DNA of 64,000 nucleotides, taken from Clostridia bacterium (GTDB taxonomy: Bacteria > Bacillota > Clostridia > Christensenellales > Borkfalkiaceae). The stretch covers positions 28,661 through 92,660 of the forward strand of contig JAGHJP010000050.1 in the NCBI GenBank assembly GCA_017886575.1, in the 5' to 3' direction. The notes under the pieces are model-generated. The model had not been told where the DNA came from and did no database searches. It was given only the letters and a program-made list of their open reading frames with translations. The position numbers were made by a program, and so were the translations under genes. Below, one piece after another: positions 17,863 through 29,106 of the stretch (its first letter is position 1; each line of letters starts with the position of its first letter).

Positions 17863-18501
17863 TCACTTTGCGAGTTTATCGAGTTCCGCCGCGATCTCAC
17901 CGAAGAGTACGGCGGGGGGATCGTCGGTGCCGGTGAAGTTGAGGATGAGCCCCTTCTTCGTGTAATAGTCGATGAGCGGGGCGGTCTGCTCGGTGTAGAC
18001 GTCCAGACGGCTCTGCACCGTTTCGGGATTGTCGTCCTTGCGCTGATAGAGCTCGCCGCCGCAGCGGGCGCACGTCGTTGCGCCGTTGAGCGTGGAAACG
18101 TGGTAGCTTTCGCCGCAGTCCCTGCACACCCTCCTGCCGCAGAGGCGGTTCATGAGGAGAGAGAAATCGATGTTGATGTTGACGACCGCGTCGATCTTCG
18201 TGATCTTGTCGAGCGCTTCCGCCTGCGCGATGGTGCGGGGAAAGCCGTCCAGGAGATACCCCTTTTCGCGGCAGTCCGCACGGGAGAGCCGTTCCTCCAC
18301 GATTCTGCAGGTGACGTCGTCGGGGACGAGCTGCCCCTTGTCGATGTACGACTTCGCGAGCATACCGATCTCCGTTTGGTTCTTGATGTTCTCGCGGAAG
18401 ATGTCGCCCGTAGAGATGTGGGGCATGCCGTATTTGTCGGAGATCTTGGTGGCCTGCGTGCCCTTGCCGGCGCCGGGGGCGCCGAGTAAAATAATGTTCA
18501 T
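17863..18501 (-). CDS. adk: adenylate kinase (Zn-lid type)
   Basis: 212 aa. P-loop MNIILLGAPGAGKGTQ. Lid CRDCGESYH...CARCGG. Confidence 0.97.
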   Translation of the reverse strand: MNIILLGAPGAGKGTQATKISDKYGMPHISTGDIFRENIKNQTEIGMLAKSYIDKGQLVPDDVTCRIVEERLSRADCREKGYLLDGFPRTIAQAEALDKITKIDAVVNINIDFSLLMNRLCGRRVCRDCGESYHVSTLNGATTCARCGGELYQRKDDNPETVQSRLDVYTEQTAPLIDYYTKKGLILNFTGTDDPPAVLFGEIAAELDKLAK

Positions 18502-18649
18502 ACCGCTGCTCCTTTTTGTATTGTCCGCCTCCCTTTTGTCAAGGAGGCAAGCCCCATTCCGCCCCGCCCATGCCCGAAAAAACGGGAATAAAGCGAAGGA
18601 GCGGAAACGGGAGAGCCCGATCGACTGTGTTTATTGTCCGACGTAAAAA

Positions 18650-19972
18650 TTATTTGAGGAATCCCTTGTAGTTCTTCATCATGAGCTGCGATTGGAGCTG
18701 TTTATCGAACTCCATGGCGACCGAAACGACGATGAGGATACCCGTGGTCGAGAAGACGTTGACGAGATCCAGACTGACGAAACTGAACACGATGGAAGGG
18801 ATGAACGCGATGAGCGAGAGGTAGATGGCGCCGAACAGGGTGATCCTGCCCGAGATCTTTTTGAGATAATCCGCCGTCGGACGGCCGGGACGAATGCCCT
18901 GGATGAAGCCGCCGTTCTGCTGGATGCTCTTCGCCACGTCGTCGGGACGGAACTGCATCTGCGAATAGAAGAACGCAAAGAAGAAGATGAGTATGCAGAG
19001 CACGATGGGATAGGGCCAATTGGTCGTGAACCACGTCCAGCCCTCGTCCGCCTCGGAACCGGGGAAGAAGATACTGATGATGAGCCCGGGCACGGAGATG
19101 AGCGCGAACGCGAAGATGAGGGGCATGACGCCGCTCGCCGCGATGCGCATGGGGATCTCCGAACGCTGGCCGCCGTACATCTTTCTGCCTTTGACCTGTT
19201 TGGCGTACTGCACGGGGATCTTGCGCTCGGCGAGATCGACCGTCACGATCGCCGTGAACAGAACGATGGTGATGGCGACGAAGCCGATGATCTCCCAGAT
19301 GGCGCCGATGTTGGCGGAGGTCCCGATACCGAACACTTCGGCAAACTTATCCAGAATGGACAAGCCCGCCGTGGAGATGATGCCGATGAAAATGATGAGG
19401 GACATGCCGTTGCCGACGCCGTATTCGGTGATGCGGTCGCCCAGCCACATGACGAGGCAGGCGCCTGCGGTGTAGACAATGGTCATGTACACGCCCGCGA
19501 TCCAGTTCGCCGCCGTGACGCCCCATACGGTGGAACCGAAGATGGGCGTATCGATGGCGCCGTCCTGATTGACGGCAAAGTTGACGATGATGCCGACCGC
19601 CTGGATGATGGACAGCGCGATGGCGACATAGCGGGTGATTTGGGAAATTTTCCTTCTGCCGTCCTCGCCTTCCTTGGAAAGGCGTTCGAGGGCGGGAATA
19701 CCGAAACAAAGGAGCTGCACGATGATGGATGCGTTGATGTACGGCCCGATGCCCAGGGCGAACAGCGTGCCGTTGGCAAGCGAGCCGCCCGTGATGGAAC
19801 TCATCAGATCCAGGAACTGGTTGTTTTCAATGGCATCCCCGAACACGGAACTGTTCAGACCGGGCACGGGAATATAGCAGCCAATCCTGAAAACCAGGAG
19901 CAGCAGGAGGGTCATCCAGATCTTCCGGCGGATCTCCTTGACCTTAAAAGCATTGATTAACGTCTCAAACAT
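18650..19972 (-). CDS. secY: preprotein translocase subunit SecY
   Basis: 440 aa, 10 TM helices. Conserved LFALGIGPYINASIIVQLL. Operon position between rplO and adk. Confidence 0.97.
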   Translation of the reverse strand: MFETLINAFKVKEIRRKIWMTLLLLLVFRIGCYIPVPGLNSSVFGDAIENNQFLDLMSSITGGSLANGTLFALGIGPYINASIIVQLLCFGIPALERLSKEGEDGRRKISQITRYVAIALSIIQAVGIIVNFAVNQDGAIDTPIFGSTVWGVTAANWIAGVYMTIVYTAGACLVMWLGDRITEYGVGNGMSLIIFIGIISTAGLSILDKFAEVFGIGTSANIGAIWEIIGFVAITIVLFTAIVTVDLAERKIPVQYAKQVKGRKMYGGQRSEIPMRIAASGVMPLIFAFALISVPGLIISIFFPGSEADEGWTWFTTNWPYPIVLCILIFFFAFFYSQMQFRPDDVAKSIQQNGGFIQGIRPGRPTADYLKKISGRITLFGAIYLSLIAFIPSIVFSFVSLDLVNVFSTTGILIVVSVAMEFDKQLQSQLMMKNYKGFLK

Positions 19973-20111
19973 GTTGTCTCTCCGAAACTGAGATTTTTAC
20001 GTTCCCCCTTGTGACGGAAACGCAAAGTGATGATGGAACGGCAATGCGGAAAATCGCCGCCATGGCAATTCTCCGTATCATTTCCGTATTTTTCCGTATT
20101 CTCTCGATGAT

Positions 20112-20564
20112 TTATGAAAGAACTTCCGCGGCGCCGCCTGCCTTTTCGATGGCTTCCTTCGCGGAAGCGGAGAACTTGGCGGCTTTCACGGTCAGAGCGA
20201 TCTCGATCGCCCCGCCGCCCAGCACCTTCAGACCGACGTTGTTCTTGACGTCCTTTGCCAGTTTGTTCGCCAGAACGTATTCCAGATCGACCGTCGTGCC
20301 CGCGGGAACTTCGGCGAGGTCGGAAAGGTTGACGATGACATATCTCTTGGTGAAATTCTTATTGTTGAAGCCCCGGATGGGAACGCGGCGCGCCAAAGGC
20401 ATCTGACCGCCTTCGAAGCCCGGACGGACCCCGCCGCCCGAACGCGCCCACTGACCCTTATGGCCCTTGCCCGAGGTCTTGCCCAGGCCCGAACCGATGC
20501 CGCGGCCCAGGCGCTTGGAAGCCGTTCTCGATCCCTCAGCGGGAGAAAGAGTGTCGATTCTCAT
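20112..20564 (-). CDS. rplO: 50S ribosomal protein L15
   Basis: 150 aa. [40 protein letters not shown]. Confidence 0.96.
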   Translation of the reverse strand: MRIDTLSPAEGSRTASKRLGRGIGSGLGKTSGKGHKGQWARSGGGVRPGFEGGQMPLARRVPIRGFNNKNFTKRYVIVNLSDLAEVPAGTTVDLEYVLANKLAKDVKNNVGLKVLGGGAIEIALTVKAAKFSASAKEAIEKAGGAAEVLS

Positions 20565-20586
20565 GATTTTTCAAAGCCTCCTTGTC

Positions 20587-20769
20587 TTACTCTGCGTCCT
20601 CTACCTGCAAAAGGTAGCCGACTTTCTTGACCATGCCGCGAACGGCGGGCGTGTCTTCCAACACGTTGCTGGTGCGGATCTTGGTGAGGCCGAGCGCGGC
20701 GACGGTGTCTTTCACGTCCTGCGTCTTACCGATGGTGCTCTTCATTAAAGTTACTTTGATCTTAGCCAT
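20587..20769 (-). CDS. rpmD: 50S ribosomal protein L30
   Basis: 60 aa. [28 protein letters not shown]. Confidence 0.95.
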   Translation of the reverse strand: MAKIKVTLMKSTIGKTQDVKDTVAALGLTKIRTSNVLEDTPAVRGMVKKVGYLLQVEDAE

Positions 20770-20783
20770 GGTATGCCCCTCCG

Positions 20784-21311
20784 TCAGCCTTTGATGTCCT
20801 CTACGCTCTTGCCTCGCAGCGCCGCGACCTCTTCCGCCGTTTTCAGGGACATGAGCCCCGCCAGCGTCGCCTTCACGCAGTTGCCCTTGTTCTGGGTGCC
20901 GTGGGATTTGGTGCGGATGTTCTTGATGCCGACCGCCTCCATGACCGCGCGGACGGGACCGCCCGCGATGACGCCGGTACCGTCGGCGGCAGGCATCATG
21001 AGCACGGAGCCTCTGCCGAACTTGCCCAGCACTTCGTGGGGAATGGTGGAATCGACCATGGCGATGGAGACCATGTTCTTCTTGGCGCGCAGGGTGGCTT
21101 TTTCAAGCGCTTCGGGAACTTCCTTGGCTTTGCCCGAACCGAGACCGATCTTGCCGTTGCCGTCGCCGACGATGACCAGCGCGGCAAAACGCATGTTCTT
21201 GCCGCCCTTGACGACCTTCGTGACGCGGTTGACTTCGATGGTTTTCTTGATCAGGCCGTCGTCGACTTCCTGTCTTCTGGGCCTTCTGTTTTCTCTTTTT
21301 TCGTCTGCCAT
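20784..21311 (-). CDS. rpsE: 30S ribosomal protein S5
   Basis: 175 aa. [42 protein letters not shown]. Confidence 0.97.
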   Translation of the reverse strand: MADEKRENRRPRRQEVDDGLIKKTIEVNRVTKVVKGGKNMRFAALVIVGDGNGKIGLGSGKAKEVPEALEKATLRAKKNMVSIAMVDSTIPHEVLGKFGRGSVLMMPAADGTGVIAGGPVRAVMEAVGIKNIRTKSHGTQNKGNCVKATLAGLMSLKTAEEVAALRGKSVEDIKG

Positions 21312-21323
21312 AGTTTTCGCTCC

Positions 21324-21692
21324 TTAGAAATTCAGTCCGGCTTCTCTCGCGCCGTCCGCGACCGCCTTCACGCGGCCCGTGTACAGGTATCCGCCTCTGT
21401 CGAACACGACCGTTTCGATGCCCTTTTCCTTGGCGCGCTCGCCGGCGGTCATGCCGACCACCTTCGCCGCCTCGGTCTTGGTCATGTCGGCGATCTTTTC
21501 CTTCACCGCTTTCTCCATGGTGGAGGCGGAGGCGAGGGTCACGCCCTTCGTGTCGTCGATGATCTGCACGTAGATGTGATTGAGGCTCCTGTATACGTTC
21601 ATGCGGGGCGTTTCCGCCGTCCCCGACAGGTTCTTTCTGACGCGCTGATGTCTTTTCTGTCTGACTGCATTTTTATCAATTTTGGAAATCAT
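21324..21692 (-). CDS. rplR: 50S ribosomal protein L18
   Basis: 122 aa. [18 protein letters not shown]...[28 protein letters not shown]. Confidence 0.97.
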   Translation of the reverse strand: MISKIDKNAVRQKRHQRVRKNLSGTAETPRMNVYRSLNHIYVQIIDDTKGVTLASASTMEKAVKEKIADMTKTEAAKVVGMTAGERAKEKGIETVVFDRGGYLYTGRVKAVADGAREAGLNF

Positions 21693-21705
21693 ATCTCAAC
21701 GCTCC

Positions 21706-22257
21706 TTATTTCTTGCCCTTGCCGCCGGAAGTCTTGCCTTCCTTGTGCTCCACGTTCTCGCCCTTGTAGCGGATGCCGTAGCCGTGATAGGGCTCGGGCT
21801 CGCGGACGGCGCGGATGTTCGCCGCGACCTGTCCCACCAGCGTCTTGTCGATGCCCGAAACGGTGATCTCCGTCGCGGACGGGCAGTCGAACGTGATGCC
21901 CTCGACTTCCGCCACGGGGACTTTGTGGGAGAAACCGACGCTGAGCGTCAGCCCCTTGCCGTTCTTTTCGACCTTCCAGCCGACGCCGCGGATCTCGAGG
22001 CTCTTGGAATAGCCCTCCGTGACGCCCTTCACCATGTTGGCGAGGAGCGCGCGGTACAGACCGTGCTTTGCCTGGGTGTCGGGCAGCTCGTCGAGCGCGA
22101 CGACCGTGGCGGCCGCGCCCTCGGTGCGGATGTCGATGGCGCCGGCGACCTTCTGGGTCAGGGCGCCCTTTGCTCCTTTGACGGTCAGAACGCCGTCTTT
22201 GAGTTCTACGCTGACGCCTGCGGGAAGCGTGACAGGCATTTTACCTATTCTAGACAT
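21706..22257 (-). CDS. rplF: 50S ribosomal protein L6
   Basis: 183 aa. MSRIGKMPVTLPAGVSVELKDGVLTVKGAKG...EPYHGYGIRYKGE. Confidence 0.97.
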   Translation of the reverse strand: MSRIGKMPVTLPAGVSVELKDGVLTVKGAKGALTQKVAGAIDIRTEGAAATVVALDELPDTQAKHGLYRALLANMVKGVTEGYSKSLEIRGVGWKVEKNGKGLTLSVGFSHKVPVAEVEGITFDCPSATEITVSGIDKTLVGQVAANIRAVREPEPYHGYGIRYKGENVEHKEGKTSGGKGKK

Positions 22258-22276
22258 AAGTGATTGCCCTCCTTAC

Positions 22277-22666
22277 TTACCAGACGTAGCAGAGAACTTC
22301 GCCGCCGACGTTGGCGGCCTTTGCCTGCTTATCCGTCATGATGCCCTTGTTGGTGGAGAGGATGGCCGTGCCGAAACCGCCGAGCACCCTGGGCATGTTC
22401 TCCACGCCCGCGTACTTTCTGAGCCCCGGTTTGGACGCCCTCTGCAAGCCGCCGATGACCGACTGCTTGTTCTCGTATTTCAACGTGATGACGATCTTGC
22501 CGTTGTAGCCGTCCTCGACGAGTTTGACGTCCTTGACGTACCCTTCGGAAAGGAGAATGTCGGCAATGGCTTTCTTCATGTTGGAGGCGGGAATTTCGAC
22601 CGTTTCCTTCTTGGCGACAATCGCGTTGCGGATTCTCGTCAGCATATCTGCGATGGGATCTGTCAT
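22277..22666 (-). CDS. rpsH: 30S ribosomal protein S8
   Basis: 129 aa. [31 protein letters not shown]...GGEVLCYVW. Confidence 0.97.
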   Translation of the reverse strand: MTDPIADMLTRIRNAIVAKKETVEIPASNMKKAIADILLSEGYVKDVKLVEDGYNGKIVITLKYENKQSVIGGLQRASKPGLRKYAGVENMPRVLGGFGTAILSTNKGIMTDKQAKAANVGGEVLCYVW

Positions 22667-22678
22667 GTTCTTACCTCC

Positions 22679-22864
22679 TTACCAGCTCGCCTTCTTCACG
22701 CCGGGGATCTCGCCCTTGTAGGCGAGGTTCCTGAAGCAGATACGGCAGACGCCGTACTTCCGGAGCACCGCGTGGGGTCTTCCACAGATGGAGCATCTCG
22801 TGTATGCCCTCGTGGAATACTTGGGGGTCTTTTGCTGTTTATTGATCATTGACTTTTTTGCCAT
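22679..22864 (-). CDS. rpsN: 30S ribosomal protein S14 type Z (zinc-binding)
   Basis: 61 aa. [22 protein letters not shown] carries the CxxC...CxxC motif. Confidence 0.96.
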   Translation of the reverse strand: MAKKSMINKQQKTPKYSTRAYTRCSICGRPHAVLRKYGVCRICFRNLAYKGEIPGVKKASW

Positions 22865-22876
22865 GTTCTTATCTCC

Positions 22877-23431
22877 TTACTTCTTGAAAGGCATCCCGAG
22901 GAGCCGCAACAGCTCCCGCGCTTCTTCGTCCGTCTTTGCCGTGGTCACGATGCAGACGTCCATACCTCTGATCTTCTCCACCTGATCGTAGGTGATCTCG
23001 GGGAAGATGAGCTGTTCTTTCAGACCCATGGCAAAGTTGCCCCTGCCGTCGAAAGACTTGTCGGAAACGCCTCTGAAGTCGCGCACGCGGGGCAGAGCGA
23101 TGGAGATGAATTTATCGTAAAATTCATACATCCTGTCCTCGCGCAGGGTGACCTTGATGCCTACGTTCATGCCTTCGCGGAGTTTGAAGTTGGCGACCGA
23201 TTTGCGTGCCTTGACCAGGACGGGCTGCTGGCCCGTGATCATCTTGATCTCGTTCGCGGTGGTCTGCACGGACTTTGCGTTGTCCTTGATGTCGCCGAGG
23301 CCCGTGTTGATGACGATCTTGACCATCTTGGGGCACTGCATAACGCTCGTATAGCCGAATTTTTTCATAAGAGCGGGAACGACTTCTTTCTGATAGCGTT
23401 CTCTCACCCTGTTCATCGTCTTTTCTGCCAT
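22877..23431 (-). CDS. rplE: 50S ribosomal protein L5
   Basis: 184 aa. IVINTGLGD...[35 protein letters not shown]. Confidence 0.97.
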   Translation of the reverse strand: MAEKTMNRVRERYQKEVVPALMKKFGYTSVMQCPKMVKIVINTGLGDIKDNAKSVQTTANEIKMITGQQPVLVKARKSVANFKLREGMNVGIKVTLREDRMYEFYDKFISIALPRVRDFRGVSDKSFDGRGNFAMGLKEQLIFPEITYDQVEKIRGMDVCIVTTAKTDEEARELLRLLGMPFKK

Positions 23432-23445
23432 ATTCCTCTACCTCG

Positions 23446-23904
23446 TTACTCCTTCTTGCCCTCATCCGCCGCGGCAGCCTTTGCCGTTCTCTTGCGGGTA
23501 CGCTTCTTGGGCGCCTCCGCGGGAGCTTCCTTCTCCGCAAACTTCTTGGCAGCCTTGGTGTATGCCTTATCCAGCGACGCGCCGCAGCCGTTCTTGCCGC
23601 CGTGCACCCGCACCTTCTTGCCGTCCACGACGGCGTGGTATACGCGCGTGGGCTTGTTGCAGGCGGGGCAGATGACCATGACGTTGGACGCGGAGATAGG
23701 CGCCTCCACCTCTACGATCTGCGAGACCTGCTGCGCCTTTCTGGCCTTCTCGTGCTTTTTGACCATCTTCACACCCTTGACGGTAACGGTGTTGTTCTTT
23801 CTGTCCACGGAAAGAACGGTGCCCGTTCTCCCCTTGATGGTCTTTTCCGTCGTATCGATGCCGCCCTTGAGGACGACGACCGTATCGTTTACTTTTACGT
23901 TCAT
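23446..23904 (-). CDS. rplX: 50S ribosomal protein L24, extended variant (152 aa)
   Basis: The KOW region MNVKVNDTVVVLKGG...GTVLSV and VEAPISASNVMVICPACNKPTRVYHAVVDGKKVRV are L24-like. An extra ~45-aa K/A-rich tail follows. Confidence 0.93.
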   Translation of the reverse strand: MNVKVNDTVVVLKGGIDTTEKTIKGRTGTVLSVDRKNNTVTVKGVKMVKKHEKARKAQQVSQIVEVEAPISASNVMVICPACNKPTRVYHAVVDGKKVRVHGGKNGCGASLDKAYTKAAKKFAEKEAPAEAPKKRTRKRTAKAAAADEGKKE

Positions 23905-23916
23905 TCCGTTACCTCC

Positions 23917-24288
23917 TTACAGCACTTCGGGCGCCAGGGAGATGATCTTCAGGAAACTCTTGTCGTCCCTGATCTCTCTCGCCACCGGCCCGAAAATGCG
24001 GGTGCCCTTGGGCTGTTTCTGGCTGTCGATGATGACGGCGGCATTGTCGTCGAAACGGATATAGGTGCCGTCCTCTCTTCTGATGCCCTTGGTCGTGCGG
24101 ACGATGACCGCCTTGACGACCTCGCCCTTCTTGACCGCGCCGCCCGGCGTTGCCGTCTTGACGGACGCCACGATGATGTCGCCGATGTTGCCGCTTCTGC
24201 GGAAAGAGCCGCCCATAACCCTGATGCACATAAGCTCTTTTGCGCCGGAGTTGTCCGCCGCTTTCAGTCTTGACTGTGGTTGTATCAT
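23917..24288 (-). CDS. rplN: 50S ribosomal protein L14
   Basis: 123 aa. [28 protein letters not shown]...[11 protein letters not shown]. Confidence 0.97.
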   Translation of the reverse strand: MIQPQSRLKAADNSGAKELMCIRVMGGSFRRSGNIGDIIVASVKTATPGGAVKKGEVVKAVIVRTTKGIRREDGTYIRFDDNAAVIIDSQKQPKGTRIFGPVAREIRDDKSFLKIISLAPEVL

Positions 24289-24309
24289 AAGTCCTCGTTC
24301 TCCTTCTTG

Positions 24310-24564
24310 TTACTTCGCTTTCTCGACGATCTCGACGACGCGCCAGTTCTTGTCTTTGCTGAGCTTACGCGTCTCGGCGATGCGGACGGTGTCGCCCACG
24401 CCGCACTCGTTGTTCTCATCGTGCGCCTTGAATTTCTTCGTGCGGGTGATGGTCTTTTTATACAGAGGGTCCTTTCTCTTGTCCGTGACCGCAACGACCA
24501 CCGTCTTATCCATCTTGTCGGACACGATGACGCCGACTCTTTCTTTCCTTAAATTTCTTTCCAT
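24310..24564 (-). CDS. rpsQ: 30S ribosomal protein S17
   Basis: 84 aa. [23 protein letters not shown]...[27 protein letters not shown]. Confidence 0.96.
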   Translation of the reverse strand: MERNLRKERVGVIVSDKMDKTVVVAVTDKRKDPLYKKTITRTKKFKAHDENNECGVGDTVRIAETRKLSKDKNWRVVEIVEKAK

Positions 24565-24580
24565 GTTCTATGCCCTCCGG

Positions 24581-24775
24581 TCACGCCTTCAATTCTCTCG
24601 CGCGCAGTTCGGTGTTGACCCGCGCGATGTCGCGCTTGCAGGTCCTGATGGCTACGGGGTTCTCCAATTGCCCGGCTGCCAGACGGAAGCGCAGATTGAA
24701 AAGTTCGCTCTTGAGTTCCGCCAGTTTCTTCTGCAGCTCTTCCGCGGACAGATCGTGAATTTCTTTCGCTTTCAT
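24581..24775 (-). CDS. rpmC: 50S ribosomal protein L29
   Basis: 64 aa. [40 protein letters not shown]. Confidence 0.95.
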   Translation of the reverse strand: MKAKEIHDLSAEELQKKLAELKSELFNLRFRLAAGQLENPVAIRTCKRDIARVNTELRARELKA

Positions 24776-25215
24776 TAAAGTTCACCGCCTTCTGTAACTT
24801 TTTCCGCTTCCTTCTTGACGAACTTCGTCTTTACGGGAAGTTTGTGGCCCGCAAGGCGCATGGCCTCTCTGGCTATGTCCTCGGGCACGCCCGCCATTTC
24901 AAACAGCACGCGCCCCGCCTTGACGACCGCCACCCAGTATTCCACGTTGCCCTTGCCCGAACCCATACGGGCTTCGGCGGGATGCTTCGTGATGGGCGTA
25001 TGGGGGAAGATGTCCGTCCATACCTTGCCGCCGCGCTTGATGAAACGCGTCATGGCGACACGCGCCGCCTCGATCTGGTTGGATTTGATGCGGCCGTTGC
25101 TCTCGCTCACCAGCGCGTATTCGCCGTAAGCGATGGTATTGCCCTTATGCGCGCGCCCGCGGATGTGACCGCTGCTGTGCTGCTTTCTTCTCTTGACTCT
25201 CTTCGGGATCAACAT
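24775..25215 (-). CDS. rplP: 50S ribosomal protein L16
   Basis: 146 aa. [13 protein letters not shown]...[23 protein letters not shown]...[14 protein letters not shown]. Confidence 0.97.
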   Translation of the reverse strand: MLIPKRVKRRKQHSSGHIRGRAHKGNTIAYGEYALVSESNGRIKSNQIEAARVAMTRFIKRGGKVWTDIFPHTPITKHPAEARMGSGKGNVEYWVAVVKAGRVLFEMAGVPEDIAREAMRLAGHKLPVKTKFVKKEAEKVTEGGEL

Positions 25216-25880
25216 TACTGTTCGCCTCCTTGTACGCCCTTACGGGGTTTGCCGAGCACTTCGCCCTTGTAGATCCAGCACTTGACGCCGATCATGCCGA
25301 ACGTGGTGTGCGCTTCCGCGAAGCCGTAATCGATGTCCGCGCGGAGGGTCTGCAGAGGGATGGAACCTTCGTGATACTGTTCGCTTCTAGCGATCTCCGC
25401 GCCGTCCAGACGGCCGGAAACCATCATCTTGACGCCCTTGGCGCCGCTCCTGACGCTCCTGCCGATCGCCTGCTTCATGGCGCGGCGGAAAGACATGCGC
25501 TTTTCGAGTTGCTGCGCCACGCTCTCGGCGACGAGCTGCGCGTCCTGATCGATCTTGCGGATCTCCGTCACGTTGATGACGACGTTCTTGCCGCCCGTCA
25601 GTTTGGCGAGGTCCTTCTTGATGACCTCGATCTCGCTGCCCTTCTGGCCGATGAGGAGCCCGGGCCTGCCCGTGTAAATGGTGACCACGATCCTCGCCGC
25701 CGCTCTCTCGATGGCGATCCTGCTGATCGCCGCGGCGTAATATTTCTTTTTCAGGAAAGTGCGGATGACGTTGTCCTCTTTGAGGAATTTGGAGAAATCC
25801 TTCTTATCGGCGTACCACTGCGTATCCCAATCTTTGATGATACCGACTCTCAGACCATGAGGATTAACTTTCTGTCCCAT
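25215..25880 (-). CDS. rpsC: 30S ribosomal protein S3
   Basis: 221 aa. [24 protein letters not shown]...[30 protein letters not shown]. Confidence 0.97.
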   Translation of the reverse strand: MGQKVNPHGLRVGIIKDWDTQWYADKKDFSKFLKEDNVIRTFLKKKYYAAAISRIAIERAAARIVVTIYTGRPGLLIGQKGSEIEVIKKDLAKLTGGKNVVINVTEIRKIDQDAQLVAESVAQQLEKRMSFRRAMKQAIGRSVRSGAKGVKMMVSGRLDGAEIARSEQYHEGSIPLQTLRADIDYGFAEAHTTFGMIGVKCWIYKGEVLGKPRKGVQGGEQ

Positions 25881-25881
25881 C

Positions 25882-26283
25882 TTACTTATCTCCTTCGAAG
25901 TTCTTTACGTCCAGAATGACCGTGATGTGGCTCGTTCTCTTGAGAATGGCGTGCCCTCTGCCCTTGGAGACGGGCTGCATCCTCTTCAAGGTCTGCGCGC
26001 CGTCCGCAAAGCACTCGGCGACGTACAGGTCGTTCCTGTCCATGCCCTGGTTGTGCTCGGCGTTCGCCGCCGCGCTCAGAAGGACCTTCTTCACGGGTTC
26101 CGCGCCGGACTTGGTGCAATAGGTCAGAATGGCCGCCGCTTCCTGCACGCTCTTGCCGCGGATGAGCGCCAGCACCGTGCGCACCTTATAGGGAGAGATG
26201 CGGATGTACTTGGCGACCGCGTAGGGACGTTTATCCTTATTCTTTTCGATCTTTTCGAGCTTCTTGTTCATATTGCCTGCCAT
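25882..26283 (-). CDS. rplV: 50S ribosomal protein L22
   Basis: 133 aa. [32 protein letters not shown]...[10 protein letters not shown]. Confidence 0.96.
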   Translation of the reverse strand: MAGNMNKKLEKIEKNKDKRPYAVAKYIRISPYKVRTVLALIRGKSVQEAAAILTYCTKSGAEPVKKVLLSAAANAEHNQGMDRNDLYVAECFADGAQTLKRMQPVSKGRGHAILKRTSHITVILDVKNFEGDK

Positions 26284-26297
26284 ACTTCACGGCCTCC

Positions 26298-26579
26298 TTA
26301 CTTCTTACCCGGCGTGGTCGTCTTTGCCGTATGACCGCCGAACGTTCTCGTGGGAGCGAACTCGCCCAGTTTGCAGCCTACCATGTCCTCGGTGACGTAC
26401 ACGGGGACGTGCTTCCTGCCGTCGTATACCGCGATGGTATGACCGACCATGTCGGGGAAGATGGTGGACGCTCTGGACCACGTCTTGATTACTTTCTTTT
26501 CATTGGCCTCGTTCATCGCCTGGATACGCGCCAGGAGCTTGGCTTCGACGTAAGGGCCTTTCTTGATGCTTCTCGACAT
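26298..26579 (-). CDS. rpsS: 30S ribosomal protein S19
   Basis: 93 aa. [16 protein letters not shown]...[42 protein letters not shown]. Confidence 0.97.
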   Translation of the reverse strand: MSRSIKKGPYVEAKLLARIQAMNEANEKKVIKTWSRASTIFPDMVGHTIAVYDGRKHVPVYVTEDMVGCKLGEFAPTRTFGGHTAKTTTPGKK

Positions 26580-26597
26580 TTGATTTTCTCCCTCCGG

Positions 26598-27425
26598 TTA
26601 GTTGATTCTCTTCAAAATGAATTTGCTCGTGCGGTTCTTATGCTTTCTGGTCTTGTAACCGAGAGCGGGTTTGCCCCAGGGCGTGCGGGGACCGGGATGG
26701 CCCACGGGCGCTTTGCCCTCGCCGCCGCCGTGCGGGTGATCGCAGGGGTTCATGACCGCGCCGCGCACTTCGGGACGCTGCCCGAGGTAACGCGCCTTGC
26801 CCGCCTTGCCGAGGGAGATGATCTCGTGCTCCACGTTGCCCACCTGGCCGATCATGGCGCGGCACTTCAAGGGCACCAGGCGCATTTCGCCGCTGGGCAT
26901 CCTGAGCGTCGCATACTTGCCTTCCGCCGCCATGATCTGGGCGGAAATGCCCGCGCTGCGCGCGATCTGCGCGCCCCTGCCGGGCTGCAGCTCGATGCAG
27001 CAGACCATGGTACCGACGGGGATGGAGGAGAGCGGGAGCACGTTGCCCACTTTGATGTCGGCTTCGGCGCCGCTGACCACCGTGTCGCCCACGTTCAGCC
27101 CGACGGGTGCGAGGATGTAGCTCTTCGCGCCGTCCGCATAGACGATGAGGGCGATGTTTGCCGTACGGTTGGGATCGTATTGGATGGACGTGACCTTTGC
27201 GGGGATGCCGTCCTTGGTCCTCTTGAAATCGATGATGCGATATTTGGTCTTGTTGCCGCCGCCGCGGTGCCTTACCGTGATCCTGCCGGTATTGTTGCGG
27301 CCACCCGTGTGGCGCTGGTCGCAAAGGAGCGATCTTTCGGGCTTGTCGCCGGTGAGTTCTTCATGCGTCGAAACGGTCATGAAACGGCGGGCCGGAGAAG
27401 TCGGTTTATATCTTTTAACAGCCAT
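26598..27425 (-). CDS. rplB: 50S ribosomal protein L2
   Basis: Track ORF trimmed to the ATG at 27423-27425 ([18 protein letters not shown]...). Also [16 protein letters not shown] and [14 protein letters not shown]. Confidence 0.97.
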   Translation of the reverse strand: MAVKRYKPTSPARRFMTVSTHEELTGDKPERSLLCDQRHTGGRNNTGRITVRHRGGGNKTKYRIIDFKRTKDGIPAKVTSIQYDPNRTANIALIVYADGAKSYILAPVGLNVGDTVVSGAEADIKVGNVLPLSSIPVGTMVCCIELQPGRGAQIARSAGISAQIMAAEGKYATLRMPSGEMRLVPLKCRAMIGQVGNVEHEIISLGKAGKARYLGQRPEVRGAVMNPCDHPHGGGEGKAPVGHPGPRTPWGKPALGYKTRKHKNRTSKFILKRIN

Positions 27426-27450
27426 GTTGTTCTTTCCTCCATTCCTTACA

Positions 27451-27759
27451 TTAGGACAGCGACGCGAAGAATTCAATCGCCTTGCTGTCCGCTTTCAACT
27501 GCACGAAAGCCTTCTTGGTCGCGGGGGTGTACCCTTCGTTCCTGCCCATTCTCTTGAGCTTGCCCTTGCGGGAAACGGTGTTCACGCTTTCCACTTTGAC
27601 GCCGAAGAGCTTTTCCACCGCCTCTTTGATCTGCGTCTTGTTCGCGTCTTTCGCCACGATGAAGACGTATTTTTTGGTGGGGGTCCCGTTCTTGTCCGTC
27701 ATGCCGGAGTATGCCTTCTCGGTCAGAACGGGCTTCAAAATGATATCTTCCGCCAACAT
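27451..27759 (-). CDS. rplW: 50S ribosomal protein L23
   Basis: 102-aa [23 protein letters not shown]...[27 protein letters not shown], hidden in track ORF 27451..28137. Its start overlaps the rplD stop (TAATG). Confidence 0.95.
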   Translation of the reverse strand: MLAEDIILKPVLTEKAYSGMTDKNGTPTKKYVFIVAKDANKTQIKEAVEKLFGVKVESVNTVSRKGKLKRMGRNEGYTPATKKAFVQLKADSKAIEFFASLS

Positions 27760-28382
27760 TATGCGTAAACCTCCTGGATTTTCTCTACCGCGCCCTTTTC
27801 GATGACGACGACCGCGTTTGCCACGACGTCGTAAGTGTTGAGCTGTTCGACGGGGACGGTCGTGATCTCGCCGATGTTGCGCGCCGCCAGAACGACGTCG
27901 TCGTTGCGGCTGTCCATGACCACCAGCGTCTTCTTGTCTAACTTGAGCGCCTTCTGGAAGGCGACCATCTCTTTGGTCTTGGGCGCGGACACTTTCAGTT
28001 CGTCCACGACCACCATTTCGCCGTCCGCGACCTTCTTGGAGATGGCGGAGAGCAATGCGCCCCTGCGCGCAGACACGTTCATCTTCTTGGAATAGTCCCT
28101 GCTCTTGGGAGCAAAGACCACGCCGCCGTGCCGCCACTGCGGGGAACGGATGGAGCCCTGACGGGCGCGTCCGGTACCCTTCTGGCGCCAGGGCTTGATA
28201 CCGCCGCCGGCGACCTCGCTCCTGGTCAGCGTGCCCTTCGTGCCCTGCCTCTGGTTGGCAAGATAGGTGACGACCGCCTGATGGATCAAGGATTCGTTGT
28301 ATTCCACTGCGAACACGCTGTCGGCAAGCGTCATCTCGCCGACCTCGGCGCCCTTCATATCGTATACTTTAATATTCGGCAT
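27759..28382 (-). CDS. rplD: 50S ribosomal protein L4
   Basis: 207 aa. [54 protein letters not shown]. Confidence 0.97.
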   Translation of the reverse strand: MPNIKVYDMKGAEVGEMTLADSVFAVEYNESLIHQAVVTYLANQRQGTKGTLTRSEVAGGGIKPWRQKGTGRARQGSIRSPQWRHGGVVFAPKSRDYSKKMNVSARRGALLSAISKKVADGEMVVVDELKVSAPKTKEMVAFQKALKLDKKTLVVMDSRNDDVVLAARNIGEITTVPVEQLNTYDVVANAVVVIEKGAVEKIQEVYA

Positions 28383-28397
28383 CGTTCTTCACTCTCC

Positions 28398-29036
28398 TTA
28401 TTTGCTCTTTACGCTGGTCGCGACCGTCACCACGCTGCCCTTGGGTCCGGGAACGGCGCCCTTGATGAAGAGAGCGTTGCGCGCCGCGTCCACCTTGACG
28501 ACCTCGAGGTTCTGGACGGTCACGTTCTCCACGCCGTACTGTCCGGGCAGGTTCTTGTGCTTGAACACGCGGCTGGGACTGGAGTTCGCGCCCATGGAAC
28601 CGGGCTCTCTGTGTACGGGGCCCACGCCGTGGGTCTCTTTGAGCCTGTGCTGGTTCCAGCGCTTGATGACGCCCGAGAAACCGTGGCCCTTGCTGACGCC
28701 GGATATGTCCACTTTATCGCCCGCCGCGAACACGTCCGCTTTGAGCACGTCGCCCACGGAGAAACTCTCCGCGTCGTCCACTTTTACTTCCTTCAAAACC
28801 TTGTGCGGCTTGACGCCCGCCTTCTTGAACTGCCCGAGTTCGGGCTTGTTGAGCGCCTGTTCTTTGGTTTCGATGAAACCGAGTTTGAGCGCGGCGTAGC
28901 CGTCCTTTTCCACCGTCTTTACCTGTACGACCGGGCAGGGACCCGCCTCGACTACCGTGATGGGAAGCATCTTCCCGTCCGCCGTAAACATCTGGGTCAT
29001 GCCCACCTTACGGCCAATGATTGCTTTATTTGCCAT
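28398..29036 (-). CDS. rplC: 50S ribosomal protein L3
   Basis: 212 aa. IIGRKVGMTQMFTADGKMLPITVVEAGPC...GHGFSGVIKRWNQHR. Confidence 0.97.
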   Translation of the reverse strand: MANKAIIGRKVGMTQMFTADGKMLPITVVEAGPCPVVQVKTVEKDGYAALKLGFIETKEQALNKPELGQFKKAGVKPHKVLKEVKVDDAESFSVGDVLKADVFAAGDKVDISGVSKGHGFSGVIKRWNQHRLKETHGVGPVHREPGSMGANSSPSRVFKHKNLPGQYGVENVTVQNLEVVKVDAARNALFIKGAVPGPKGSVVTVATSVKSK

Positions 29037-29106
29037 AAATAAAGTTCACCTCCGAAAAAATTTTTTATTTCTCTACGATACCTGCCCTTGCAAGTATCCG
29101 TATCGG

